A program made the position numbers and the translations under genes. The notes under the pieces were generated by a model. The model made no database searches. It saw only the letters and a program-made list of their open reading frames with translations, and was not told the origin of the DNA. A stretch of 22,983 nucleotides of DNA, taken from contig JAYGCM010000068.1 of NCBI GenBank assembly GCA_046583355.1, positions 1-22,983 on the forward strand, read 5' to 3'. The first letter of the stretch is position 1, and the number at the start of each line of letters is the position of its first letter. Shown piece by piece: positions 8,939-17,849 of the stretch. The DNA is from Deltaproteobacteria bacterium (GTDB lineage: Bacteria > Desulfobacterota > Binatia > UBA12015).

Positions 8939-9712
8939 ATGGCAAGCGCAAAGACCCCGAACGAGCTCTTCAATCTCAAAGACCGAGTCGCGATCATCAC
9001 CGGCGGCAGTCGGGGAATCGGCGAGGCCATCGCACGCGGCTTTGTCGCCGCCGGCGCCAAGGTCGTCATCGCTTCGCGCAAGCAGGAGGCCTGCGACGGC
9101 GTCGCTGCCGAGATCAACGCCGCCGGCGGCGAGGCGCTGGCCTTTGCCGTCAATATGGACGACCTGGACGGCATCGAAAGACTCGTCGCCGCAACCGTCG
9201 AGCGTTTCGGCGGCATCGACATCCTGGTCAACAACGCCGCCAACCCGCTGGCTCTCCCGGTGGGCCAGATCACCCCGGAAGCGTTTGATAAATCCATGCA
9301 TGTGAACCTGCGCGGGCCGCTCTTCCTGGTGCAATATGCCCTGCCGCATCTCAAGAAGAGCGAACACGCCTCGATCATCAACATCATCAGCGCCGGGGTC
9401 TATACCGGCGGCGCTTTCGTCGCCCTCTACACTGCAGCCAAAGCTGGCCTGCGCATGCTGACGCGCTCGATGGCAAACGAATTGGTCGGCCACGGCATCC
9501 GTGCCAACGCGATCGCACCGGGCGCTGTCGATACCAAAATGGTCCGCAATACCCCCCCCGAAATGCAGGCCGGCATGCGTGATGCCGCCCCCGTCAAGCG
9601 CCTGGCCGACCCGACCGAGATGGTCGGTGCCGCCCTCCTGCTGGCGAGCGACGCGGGCAGCTTCGCCACCGGCCAGACGATCATCGTCGACGGCGGCATG
9701 ACCTCAAGCTGA
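8939..9712 (+). CDS. Short-chain dehydrogenase/reductase (SDR)
   Basis: TGGSRGIG, ILVNNAA, catalytic YTAAK, IRANAIAPG and IIVDGG. Confidence 0.95.
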   Translation: MASAKTPNELFNLKDRVAIITGGSRGIGEAIARGFVAAGAKVVIASRKQEACDGVAAEINAAGGEALAFAVNMDDLDGIERLVAATVERFGGIDILVNNAANPLALPVGQITPEAFDKSMHVNLRGPLFLVQYALPHLKKSEHASIINIISAGVYTGGAFVALYTAAKAGLRMLTRSMANELVGHGIRANAIAPGAVDTKMVRNTPPEMQAGMRDAAPVKRLADPTEMVGAALLLASDAGSFATGQTIIVDGGMTSS

Positions 9713-9768
9713 GGCCACCAGCAGCGCCGTGCGTAGCCCGATCTGTCTCTAAAAATCAGGCCGAATAG

Positions 9769-10401
9769 TCAGATCTCAACCGGCGGCGCGAAAGGGTTTG
9801 CGGCCAGGTCGGGGACTGCGCGGCCCTGCAACTGGAAGATCTCGCGGATCGCCCAGTCGAAGCGGTCGTTGCCCCAGAACTTCTGCTCGCCGACAACAAA
9901 GCCGGGAACGCCGAAGAAACCCTGCTCGACAAAATGGATCATGCCAAGTGTGACCTCCTCGTGGCGCTTCGCATCATGCGCCGCCGCCAGCAGCACTACC
10001 GGGTCGAGTCCGATCTCCTCAGCAATGCCGACCAGCACCTCGTCTTCGCCGAGGTCGCGGCCACGCTGGAAGCGACAAGCGAATGCGGCCTTCACATATT
10101 CCAGCCGCTTACCCTGCTCCTGGGCGTAGTAGAAGGCGGCATGCGAGGGCATCCACTCCGTATCAATTCCGTGGGGTGGTTGAATCTCCAGGCCATATGC
10201 CTCGCAAATGCGGACGAAGTCGGCACGCGAATAGCGAAAACGGCGCTCATCGGCCGTGATCAGCGGCTCCGGTCCGCCGGGCGGCGGAAAGACCGGGAAC
10301 CAATCGATCTCGACACCCAACTCGGGCAGGACACGCTCGAGTCGGTGGATCGCCAGGAACGAATAGGTACTGCGAAAGGAGAAATAGAATTCGATTCTCA
10401 T
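9769..10401 (-). CDS. 2-hydroxychromene-2-carboxylate isomerase / kappa-GST-like DsbA-family protein
   Basis: IEFYFSFRSTYSFLA at the N-terminus and GFFGVPGFVVGEQKFWGNDRF at the C-terminus. Lies 19 nt downstream of the aroB stop, so probably co-transcribed. Confidence 0.85.
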   Translation of the reverse strand: MRIEFYFSFRSTYSFLAIHRLERVLPELGVEIDWFPVFPPPGGPEPLITADERRFRYSRADFVRICEAYGLEIQPPHGIDTEWMPSHAAFYYAQEQGKRLEYVKAAFACRFQRGRDLGEDEVLVGIAEEIGLDPVVLLAAAHDAKRHEEVTLGMIHFVEQGFFGVPGFVVGEQKFWGNDRFDWAIREIFQLQGRAVPDLAANPFAPPVEI

Positions 10402-10420
10402 GAGAAGGCGCTCGTGCTGA

Positions 10421-11512
10421 CTACCCCAGAGGGGAACGAAGATGCGCGAGCGCCTCGCGAACATCGACCAGCGTCACATCCTTGCAGATTTCCGCGCGGC
10501 CCAATTCCGGCAAGAGCACGAAGCGCATCTCGCCGTCTTCGAATTTTTTATCGCGTGCCATGACCTCGAGAATCGTCGCGTCGCCGAGCGCACCATCGAG
10601 TTGTAGCGGCAGATCAAGGCGGGCGAGTGAGTCCAGCACCTGCCGGGTGGCGGCCGGATCAAGCCCAAGCTTGCGCTCTGAGAGAAAGAGCGCCGCACGC
10701 AGGCCGAGACTGATCGCCTCACCATGCAACAAACCCCCCTGCCCCGAAGCCGTTTCGATGGCATGTCCGATGGTATGGCCGAAGTTGAGATGGGCGCGCA
10801 CACCCGAAGTCTCGCGTTCGTCTTCTTCGACCACGCGCGCCTTGATCGCGACGTTCCGCGCAATCAGCGGCACCAGGCCATCGCGGCCATCGAGAGCATT
10901 TACATCCTCGAGCATCGCCGGGTCGCGGATTGCGGCATGCTTGATCACCTCGGCAAAGCCCTCGGCCCAGGCCCGCGGCGGCAGCGTGCGCAGCGTAGCG
11001 GTATCAGCGAGCACGAAACGCGGCTGATGAAAGACACCGACGAGATTCTTCCCCTCGGGTACGTCAATAGCCGTCTTGCCGCCGACCGAGCTATCGACCT
11101 GCGCCACCACAGTGGTGGGGATCTGCAACAGCGGCACGCCGCGTTGGAACAAGGCGGCGACCAAACCGCCAAGGTCGCCGATCACCCCGCCGCCCAGCGC
11201 CACGATAAAGGATTTGCGGTCGAGACGCGCGCGCACCATCGCACGCAGCGCACCTTCGAGATGTGCAAAGCTCTTGGTCGCCTCACCCGGCGGCAGCACC
11301 ACCTCATGGGTGACGATGCCCGCGCCCTGCAATCCGTCGATCACCGTATCGAGATGCAGACCCTCGACATTCTCGTCAGTCAGCACCGCGCAGCGTGCAC
11401 CAAGACCGAGCCGCTTCGCCTCCTGGCCCACCTCGTGGAGAATATCCTCGCCAACGCGGACTTCGTATTCGCGCCCCGGAAGCGCGACCCGGATTCTCTC
11501 TTCGGTCGCCAT
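10421..11512 (-). CDS. aroB: 3-dehydroquinate synthase
   Basis: GEATKS, ALGGGVIGDLGG, PTTVVAQVDSSVGGKT, KNLVGVFHQP, AEVIKH, LNFGHTIGHAIE, LLHGEAISLG and DKK. Confidence 0.96.
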   Translation of the reverse strand: MATEERIRVALPGREYEVRVGEDILHEVGQEAKRLGLGARCAVLTDENVEGLHLDTVIDGLQGAGIVTHEVVLPPGEATKSFAHLEGALRAMVRARLDRKSFIVALGGGVIGDLGGLVAALFQRGVPLLQIPTTVVAQVDSSVGGKTAIDVPEGKNLVGVFHQPRFVLADTATLRTLPPRAWAEGFAEVIKHAAIRDPAMLEDVNALDGRDGLVPLIARNVAIKARVVEEDERETSGVRAHLNFGHTIGHAIETASGQGGLLHGEAISLGLRAALFLSERKLGLDPAATRQVLDSLARLDLPLQLDGALGDATILEVMARDKKFEDGEMRFVLLPELGRAEICKDVTLVDVREALAHLRSPLG

Positions 11513-11545
11513 CTTCTCTCGCCTAACAGGCCAAGCCCGCAAACG

Positions 11546-11688
11546 GGAACCAAGAGGCGACCGTCACAGAAGCGTTGCCGGAATATATCCAGCGCCGCGA
11601 GCAAGACAAAATCATCGAACTCTTCGGCACCATCGACTACGACCCCACCTATAGCCCGCGCCGTCAGCGGCAGCGCAAACGTTCGTGA
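11546..11688 (+). pseudogene. vapB: VapB-type antitoxin remnant (N-terminus missing, apparent 1-nt deletion)
   Basis: Translates ATVTEALPEYIQRREQDKIIELFGTIDYDPTYSPRRQRQRKRS* (TGA 11686-11688), matching the C-terminal half of small VapB antitoxins (T-K-K-A-T-V-x-x-A-L...IIELFGTIDYDP). No ATG/GTG between in-frame TAA 11524 and the conserved segment. The expected TK dipeptide (acc aag) sits in a shifted frame. Confidence 0.7.
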
Positions 11689-11780
11689 ACATCCTGGTGG
11701 ACACCTCATGTTTATGGCCTCCGCTACATGGACGCGCGAGATGTGGTCCGCGAGACTTGTGGCGGATGCTGATTGGCTGA
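11685..11780 (+). pseudogene. vapC: Truncated VapC/PIN toxin start
   Basis: GTG overlaps the vapB stop (GTGA) and encodes MNILVDTS, the canonical PIN first strand with its catalytic Asp. Similarity is then lost and the frame stops after 31 aa. Confidence 0.6.
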
Positions 11781-11791
11781 TGTCGACAGGT

Positions 11792-11808
11792 GCTGTATAG
11801 AATACAGC
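11792..11808. promoter_or_regulatory. Perfect palindrome overlapping a -10 box; probable TA autorepression operator
   Basis: GCTGTAT-aga-ATACAGC contains TAGAAT (11798-11803) and abuts the antitoxin GTG at 11809. Confidence 0.7.
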
Positions 11809-12051
11809 GTGAGCATTCGACTGAATATCACGATGGACGAAGACCTCTACAAGCGTCTCAAGCGCGAGCTTCCAGCTCGCGGAATCAGCTCCTTCATTTC
11901 CGCAGCGGTGCGTGCGCAGCTGCGCCCCGGCCCAGACGAACTTGAGGCGGCCTACCGGCGTGCCAGCGAGGCGGCGTCCCACAATGCCGAGGAGCACCAT
12001 CTCGCCGAGGACTGGGGGGCCCTGGACACCGCGGAATGGCCCGAGGAGTGA
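11809..12051 (+). CDS. Ribbon-helix-helix antitoxin (cognate of the MazF toxin)
   Basis: 80 aa. N-terminal RHH pattern IRLNITMDEDLYKRLK...ISSFISAAV and acidic C-terminus LAEDWGALDTAEWPEE. Its stop overlaps the toxin start (GTGA). Confidence 0.82.
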   Translation: MSIRLNITMDEDLYKRLKRELPARGISSFISAAVRAQLRPGPDELEAAYRRASEAASHNAEEHHLAEDWGALDTAEWPEE

Positions 12052-12395
12052 GTGCACCACGCCCACCACTGCGCGGCGATCTCTACTGGGTGGTCCTCGA
12101 TCCCGTCATCGGCAGCGAGATCCGCAAGACCCGCCCCGCGATCATTGTCTCAAACAATGCGATGAACCGTGCCGGAACTCGCGTGATCGTCGTTCCCGTG
12201 ACCAGCCGGATCACCGGCGAACTCTACCCCGGCGAAGTCCCACTTCGTGCGGGCGGCAAAAATGCGCGCGCCCTATCCGACCAGATTCGCGCCATCGACA
12301 GGCGCCGCCTGCGAAACCGAATCGGGCGCATCGCGCCGGCCGATATGACCGCTCTCGGCGATGCCCTCGGGCTCAGCCTGGCCCTCCCGCATTGA
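12048..12395 (+). CDS. mazF: PemK/MazF family endoribonuclease toxin
   Basis: RGDLYWVVLDPVIGSEIRKTRPAIIVSNN, VIVVPVTS and DQIRAIDRRRL...IGRI. Confidence 0.93.
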   Translation: MSAPRPPLRGDLYWVVLDPVIGSEIRKTRPAIIVSNNAMNRAGTRVIVVPVTSRITGELYPGEVPLRAGGKNARALSDQIRAIDRRRLRNRIGRIAPADMTALGDALGLSLALPH

Positions 12396-12761
12396 AGCCT
12401 CCAGCGATACCCGCGCATCGTCACGCGGTCCCGGGATCTCCCGGCCGACGGATCCCCGGATCGCTCGCGTCGAGCATCTTCGCTCACCCGTATGAAAACT
12501 GTCGAAACGAGGTACGGCGGACACGTACAGAAGAGTCGCAACTTGGTCATCGCATGCGCCACGGTTCTTGAAGGCTTGGACGCTGCACTAACCTTGTCCA
12601 ACGCGGAATTGGCCGGTCGCCCCTCGCCGCCTCGCGCACCCACCCGCAGCCTCGCCGCCATATGGCGTGAGCTTCAGGAATCGCCGTCCCGGCCAATCGC
12701 TCGATGACGCAGCCAATCGGCCGACTGGCAGGGAGGCGGCGCGATCGGGTACACTCTCCCC

Positions 12762-14606
12762 ATGCCGCAATATCTCTCCCGAACGACGACCGCAGGACGG
12801 AATATGGCTGGTGCGCGTGCGCTTTGGCGCGCGACCGGGATGACCGACGACGATTTCACCAAGCCGATCATTGCGGTGGTGAATTCCTTTACCCAATTCG
12901 TTCCGGGCCATGTCCATCTGAAGGATCTGGGCCAATTGGTCGCACGCGAGATCGAGAAGGCCGGCGGCGTCGCCAAGGAGTTCAACACCATCGCGGTCGA
13001 TGACGGCATCGCCATGGGCCACGACGGCATGCTCTACAGCCTGCCCTCGCGCGACCTGATCGCCGACTCGGTCGAGTATATGGTGAACGCGCATTGCGCC
13101 GACGCGATGGTCTGCATCTCGAATTGCGACAAGATCACCCCCGGCATGCTGAACGCGGCGCTGCGGCTGAATATCCCCGCGGTCTTCGTCTCCGGCGGGC
13201 CGATGGAAGCCGGCAAGACACACCTCTCCGAGAACAAGCTCGACCTGATCGACGCCATGGTGATTGCGGCCGACGACTCGGTCGATGACGAGACCGTGGC
13301 GGAATACGAGCGCGCGGCCTGCCCCACCTGCGGCTCGTGCTCCGGCATGTTCACCGCCAACTCAATGAATTGCCTGACCGAAGCGCTCGGCCTCTCCCTG
13401 CCCGGCAACGGCTCGATGCTGGCCACGCACGCCGACCGCCGTGGCCTCTTCGAGGAGGCCGGCCGAGTCGTGGTCGATATCGCCAAGCGTTATTACGAAG
13501 GCAACGACGACTCCGTGCTGCCGCGCAATATCGCCACCTTCGATGCCTTCGAGAACGTCATGACCCTCGACATCGCCATGGGCGGCTCGACCAATACCAT
13601 CCTGCATCTCCTCGCCGCCGCCCAGGAGGCTGGCGTCGATTTCACCATGAAAGATATCGACCGCCTGTCGCGACGGGTGCCCAACCTCTGCAAGGTTGCC
13701 CCTTCCAGCCAACTTTACCATATGGAAGATGTGCACCGTGCCGGCGGCGTCTTCGGCATCCTCGGCGAACTCGCACGCGCCGGATTGCTGCATGAGACGA
13801 CCTCCACCGTGCACGAAAAAACCCTCGGCGCGGCCATCGCGAAATGGGATGTGGCAACCGACGTCTCGGACGAGGTGCAGGAGTTCTACCGCGCCGGGCC
13901 AGCCGGCATCCCGACGCAAGAGGCGTTCAGCCAGGATACGCGCTGGGACTCACTCGACACAGACCGCGACAACGGCTGCATCCGCAACCTCGCGCACGCC
14001 TATTCGACCGAAGGCGGGCTCGCCATTCTCTATGGCAATATCGCGCCCGATGGCTGCGTCGTGAAGACGGCCGGCGTCTCGGAAGACAATTTCATTTTTG
14101 AAGGAACGGCGCATATCTGCGAAAGCCAGGATACCGCAGTGGAAGACATCCTGAGCGGCAAGGTGAAAGCCGGGCATATCGTCATCGTGCGCTACGAAGG
14201 CCCGCGCGGCGGCCCCGGCATGCAAGAAATGCTCTACCCGACGTCCTACCTGAAAACCAAAGGGCTCGGGAAGGCATGTGCCCTGCTCACCGACGGTCGC
14301 TTTTCCGGCGGCACCTCGGGCCTCGCCATTGGCCATTGCTCGCCCGAGGCGGCCAGCGGCGGAGCGATCGCCTTGGTCGAACAGGGCGACTCCATTCGCA
14401 TCGACATCCCGCAGCGTTCCATCGAATTGCAAATCAGCGACGACGAACTCGCCCAGCGCCGCGCGGCCATGGAGGCCAAAGGCGCGGACGCCTGGAAGCC
14501 GGCCGAGGTACGCCCGCGGCGGGTGAGCGCGGCCCTCAAGGTCTACGCGGCCATGGCCACCAGCGCCGACCGCGGCGCCGTGCGCGACATTTCCCGGCTC
14601 GGCTGA
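12762..14606 (+). CDS. ilvD: Dihydroxy-acid dehydratase
   Basis: [65 protein letters not shown] and TDGRFSGG. Confidence 0.98.
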   Translation: MPQYLSRTTTAGRNMAGARALWRATGMTDDDFTKPIIAVVNSFTQFVPGHVHLKDLGQLVAREIEKAGGVAKEFNTIAVDDGIAMGHDGMLYSLPSRDLIADSVEYMVNAHCADAMVCISNCDKITPGMLNAALRLNIPAVFVSGGPMEAGKTHLSENKLDLIDAMVIAADDSVDDETVAEYERAACPTCGSCSGMFTANSMNCLTEALGLSLPGNGSMLATHADRRGLFEEAGRVVVDIAKRYYEGNDDSVLPRNIATFDAFENVMTLDIAMGGSTNTILHLLAAAQEAGVDFTMKDIDRLSRRVPNLCKVAPSSQLYHMEDVHRAGGVFGILGELARAGLLHETTSTVHEKTLGAAIAKWDVATDVSDEVQEFYRAGPAGIPTQEAFSQDTRWDSLDTDRDNGCIRNLAHAYSTEGGLAILYGNIAPDGCVVKTAGVSEDNFIFEGTAHICESQDTAVEDILSGKVKAGHIVIVRYEGPRGGPGMQEMLYPTSYLKTKGLGKACALLTDGRFSGGTSGLAIGHCSPEAASGGAIALVEQGDSIRIDIPQRSIELQISDDELAQRRAAMEAKGADAWKPAEVRPRRVSAALKVYAAMATSADRGAVRDISRLG

Positions 14607-14649
14607 CCCGCGACTTGCCCGGGCCGGGCTCCGCTTCTATGCATGGGGC

Positions 14650-15495
14650 ATGAGCTACGAGTGTTTTGAGGTCGAAGTCGCCGACGGCGTCGCGGAAGTC
14701 CGTCTCTCCCGCCCGGATAAATTCAACTCCATGATCCCGGCCTTCTGGACCGAACTGCCGGCCCTGATCCGCAAGCTCGACCAAGCCGGCGACACCCGCG
14801 TCATCATACTCTCCTCGACTGGCAAGCATTTCTGCGCCGGCATGGACCTCGCGGTCTTCACCGGCGGCAGCACGCTCAACGGAGCGGCGAAAAAAGGCGA
14901 ACTCGGACGGCAACGCGCGAACTTCCGCCGCCACGTCCTCAACCTGCAAGAGACCTTCACGGCATTGGAGAAGGCGCGCATGCCCGTCCTCGCCGCCATC
15001 CAGGGCGGCGCCATCGGCGGTGCCGTCGATATGATCACGGCCTGCGATATGCGCTATATGAGCGCAGAAGCCTTCATCTGCATCCAGGAGATCAATATCG
15101 GCATGACGGCCGATGTCGGCACGCTGCAGCGCCTGCCCAAAATCATCCCCGAGGGGATCGCTCGCGAACTCGCCTACACGGGCCGGCGCATGCCGGCCGC
15201 CGAGGCCAAGGCCTGCGGCTTGGTCAATGAAGTTTTCCCGGACCATCAGGCGCTCCGCGAAGGGGTACGTGAAATCGCACGCCAGATCGCGTCGAAGTCT
15301 CCGCTGGCCATCTGGGGCACCAAGGAAATGATCGGCTACTCGCGCGACCATTCCGTCGAAGACTCGCTGAACTACATCGCCACCTGGCAGACCGGCATGT
15401 TCCAACCCACCGATATGGCCGAGAGCTTCACGGCCAAAGGCGAAAAACGCGAGCCCGAGTTCGACGACCTTCTACCGATGGGCAAACCGCTCTAG
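14650..15495 (+). CDS. Enoyl-CoA hydratase/isomerase (crotonase; dienoyl-CoA isomerase-like)
   Basis: HFCAGMDL, PVLAAIQGGAIGGAVDMITACDMRY, ADVGTLQRLP and ELAYTGR. Confidence 0.93.
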   Translation: MSYECFEVEVADGVAEVRLSRPDKFNSMIPAFWTELPALIRKLDQAGDTRVIILSSTGKHFCAGMDLAVFTGGSTLNGAAKKGELGRQRANFRRHVLNLQETFTALEKARMPVLAAIQGGAIGGAVDMITACDMRYMSAEAFICIQEINIGMTADVGTLQRLPKIIPEGIARELAYTGRRMPAAEAKACGLVNEVFPDHQALREGVREIARQIASKSPLAIWGTKEMIGYSRDHSVEDSLNYIATWQTGMFQPTDMAESFTAKGEKREPEFDDLLPMGKPL

Positions 15496-15533
15496 CCCGT
15501 CCCACAACCGAGTCGAGAACCCGAAAACAAAAA

Positions 15534-16784
15534 ATGGCGGCTGTCCGTATCGAGTCCCTGAGCCATGGCCCGCACGGAATCGTGCGGATCGAGGGCAAGG
15601 TACATCTGGTGCGCGGCGCAGCACCGGGCGACCTGGCCGAAATCGAGGTCACAGAAGACAAAGGTCGGTTTGCCTACGCTCATATCACGAGGCTGCTCGA
15701 AGGCGGCCCGGCACGGCGCCAGGCGCCCTGCCCCTTCCTGCCGCGCTGCGGCGGCTGTAGCTGGCAGCACCTGAACGAGGACGCCCAGCGCGAAGCGAAA
15801 ACCGCCACCGTCCGTGAGGCCTTTGCCAAGGCCGGCCTGGCCAACGTCGCCGTCGATCCTATTCTCGCCACGCCGCATGCGCTGGGCTACCGCCGCCGTC
15901 TTTCCCTGCGCGTCGCCGGCAAGGACGTCGGCTTCTTTGCCGGCGGCACCCACGAGTTGATTCCTATCGACGAATGCCTGCTCGCCAGCGAACCCCTGCA
16001 CGGCGCCATTGCGCTCGCGCGCCGCTGGGTACGCACGCTCGACTCGACGCTGAACCGCATCGAGATTGCCTGGACCGGCGAGAGCAACCGCCTCGCGCTG
16101 ATCGGCCAATGCGATGGCCCGCTCGCCGATGGGGACCGCTCGGTCTCCGAGCATCTCCTGCGCGACGAGCGCCGCCTCGCCACAGTAATCTTGCACGGCA
16201 AGGGCTTCCATCATGTTCTCGGCGAAGACCGGATTCGCGTGGCCCTGCCCGCAGACGAACTCCAATTGCGTGCCGGCGCCTTCAGTCAGGTCAACGACGG
16301 CGGCAACCACCTCATCATCGAGACCCTATTGGCGCTGGCCGAGGTCGATGCGAATACGCGGGTCGCCGACCTCTATGCCGGTGCCGGCAATCTCAGCATT
16401 CCGCTCGCTCGCCTTGCGGGGAGCGTCGTCGCGATCGAACGCGACCGCCGCGGCGCCCTGGCCCTGATCGCCAACGCCGAGAGGCTCGGCCTCGCCAACC
16501 TCGAAGCCCGCGCCGCCCATGTGCATCGCTCCCTGCGCAAAATCCAGCCAGCAAGCTTCGACCTGATCGTCCTCGACCCGCCGCGGAGCGGTGCCGCTGA
16601 CGCCATGGACGAGCTGCGCCGGATCGCGCCGCCGCGCATCATCTACGTCTCGTGCAATCCGCAAACGCTGGCGCGCGATCTCGCCGCATTGACAGATGAT
16701 TATACGATCGACGCCGTGCGCCCGATCGACCTCTTCCCGCAGACGCCGCACGTCGAAGTCGTCGCGCTGCTCAACCGCCGCTAA
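15534..16784 (+). CDS. rlmD: RlmD/RumA-type RNA (uracil-5)-methyltransferase with TRAM domain
   Basis: N-terminal TRAM domain, Fe-S motif CPFLPRCGGC...C, FSQVN, DLYAGAG, LDPPRSG, YVSCNP and LFPQTPHVE. Confidence 0.88.
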   Translation: MAAVRIESLSHGPHGIVRIEGKVHLVRGAAPGDLAEIEVTEDKGRFAYAHITRLLEGGPARRQAPCPFLPRCGGCSWQHLNEDAQREAKTATVREAFAKAGLANVAVDPILATPHALGYRRRLSLRVAGKDVGFFAGGTHELIPIDECLLASEPLHGAIALARRWVRTLDSTLNRIEIAWTGESNRLALIGQCDGPLADGDRSVSEHLLRDERRLATVILHGKGFHHVLGEDRIRVALPADELQLRAGAFSQVNDGGNHLIIETLLALAEVDANTRVADLYAGAGNLSIPLARLAGSVVAIERDRRGALALIANAERLGLANLEARAAHVHRSLRKIQPASFDLIVLDPPRSGAADAMDELRRIAPPRIIYVSCNPQTLARDLAALTDDYTIDAVRPIDLFPQTPHVEVVALLNRR

Positions 16785-16817
16785 GACCTTCTGCCGAGAC
16801 GCCGCCGCACAATAGCC

Positions 16818-17675
16818 TCAATCGGCGTCGTGCAGAGCCAAGGTCAATTCGACAGCGCTCGCCGGCAGGTGGCCTTCGGCATCGCTCGCCTTCGCGATTC
16901 CAGCACCGATCACCAGCGGCTCCGCCTGTGTCTGCCAGGCCAGACGGCGGAACTCTTCGCCGCGAAAACAGGGCTTGCGAAAGACCATGCGGGCGCGGCA
17001 TGCCCAGAGGCGATCCATCGGCTGGCCGGCCTGGTGCAGGCGGGTCGCCACATATTCCTGGAGTACGTGCAGATAGGCGAGACTATTCACATGATGATTC
17101 GGGTCGGTCTGCGCGTAATACCAGACGCCGCGTTCGCCCTCGGGAAAGTCCGGTGCGCGGTCCAGCGGCAGCAGCGTCTCCACCCGCGGCAGGTCGGTGA
17201 CCCGACTCGGCATCGGCCCCACACCGAGTTCGGCCGGAATTTCCGTGATCTTCCGCTTGGCCGGGTCCTTGTCGTAACGCGTAAAAACGTTCACGAAGCG
17301 AACCTGGCCAACCTTCGCGCCGTCTTCACGGAAGACCTCGTGGGTACCGTCACGCGTAATATTGCGCACGGCGCCTGTGGCGTCCAGGACCTTGCCGAAA
17401 TTGCTCCGACTGCGGGCCAATAGCCGCTCGCCCGGCGCGACCTTCACATCAGTTGCTTCGATTTCCAGGCAGACCAAGGGTGTGAAAATCCCCTGCAAGG
17501 AGTTGAAGTCCGGAAGCCGGCGCATCCCTTCCCAGGTTTTGAAATGCGCGCGCGATACATACCGGACCATGGCCGCGAGTTTCACTGCCTGGCGCTCGCT
17601 CAAATCAGAGAACTCCACCGGCATGGAGGCCTCAGCAGAAAGAACAATATCAGCAGGATTCGCAGGCGGCACCAT
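16818..17675 (-). CDS. Double hotdog-fold protein, acyl-ACP thioesterase-like
   Basis: VEFSDL...VKLAAMVRY in the first half, TDPNHHVNSLAY (cf. DxNxHVNN) and FRKPCFRGE in the second. Start uncertain (ATG 17675 or 17624). The ORF-track extension to 18245 overlaps the PLD gene. Confidence 0.65.
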   Translation of the reverse strand: MVPPANPADIVLSAEASMPVEFSDLSERQAVKLAAMVRYVSRAHFKTWEGMRRLPDFNSLQGIFTPLVCLEIEATDVKVAPGERLLARSRSNFGKVLDATGAVRNITRDGTHEVFREDGAKVGQVRFVNVFTRYDKDPAKRKITEIPAELGVGPMPSRVTDLPRVETLLPLDRAPDFPEGERGVWYYAQTDPNHHVNSLAYLHVLQEYVATRLHQAGQPMDRLWACRARMVFRKPCFRGEEFRRLAWQTQAEPLVIGAGIAKASDAEGHLPASAVELTLALHDAD

Positions 17676-17849
17676 GCAGAAGCTTCGCCGCCACCGACGC
17701 TCCTCGCAAACTGGCGCTACCCTGCCGCCAAGGATATGCGCACGGTCCAGAGGTCCGGCCGAAAAGCAGGGCTGCATCCGGGCGCCGCTTCTGGCTGCTG
17801 GCCGGCCTCCCGCTTGACCCGGAGCTGTCCGGACGGGAATGCTCCTTCC

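Noticed and set aside
11521..11527. GCCTAAC / GTTAGGC integron attC core site just upstream of aroB
   Set aside because: No complementary core or L boxes within attC distance and no integrase. A lone 7-mer is expected by chance or as part of the aroB promoter.
11793..11807. CTGT...ACAG as a LexA/SOS box
   Set aside because: Spacing is N7, not the N8 of the gammaproteobacterial SOS box. A TA operator explains it better.
11500..12760. IS element or prophage remnant carrying the TA genes
   Set aside because: No transposase or integrase fragment, terminal inverted repeats or direct repeats could be identified.
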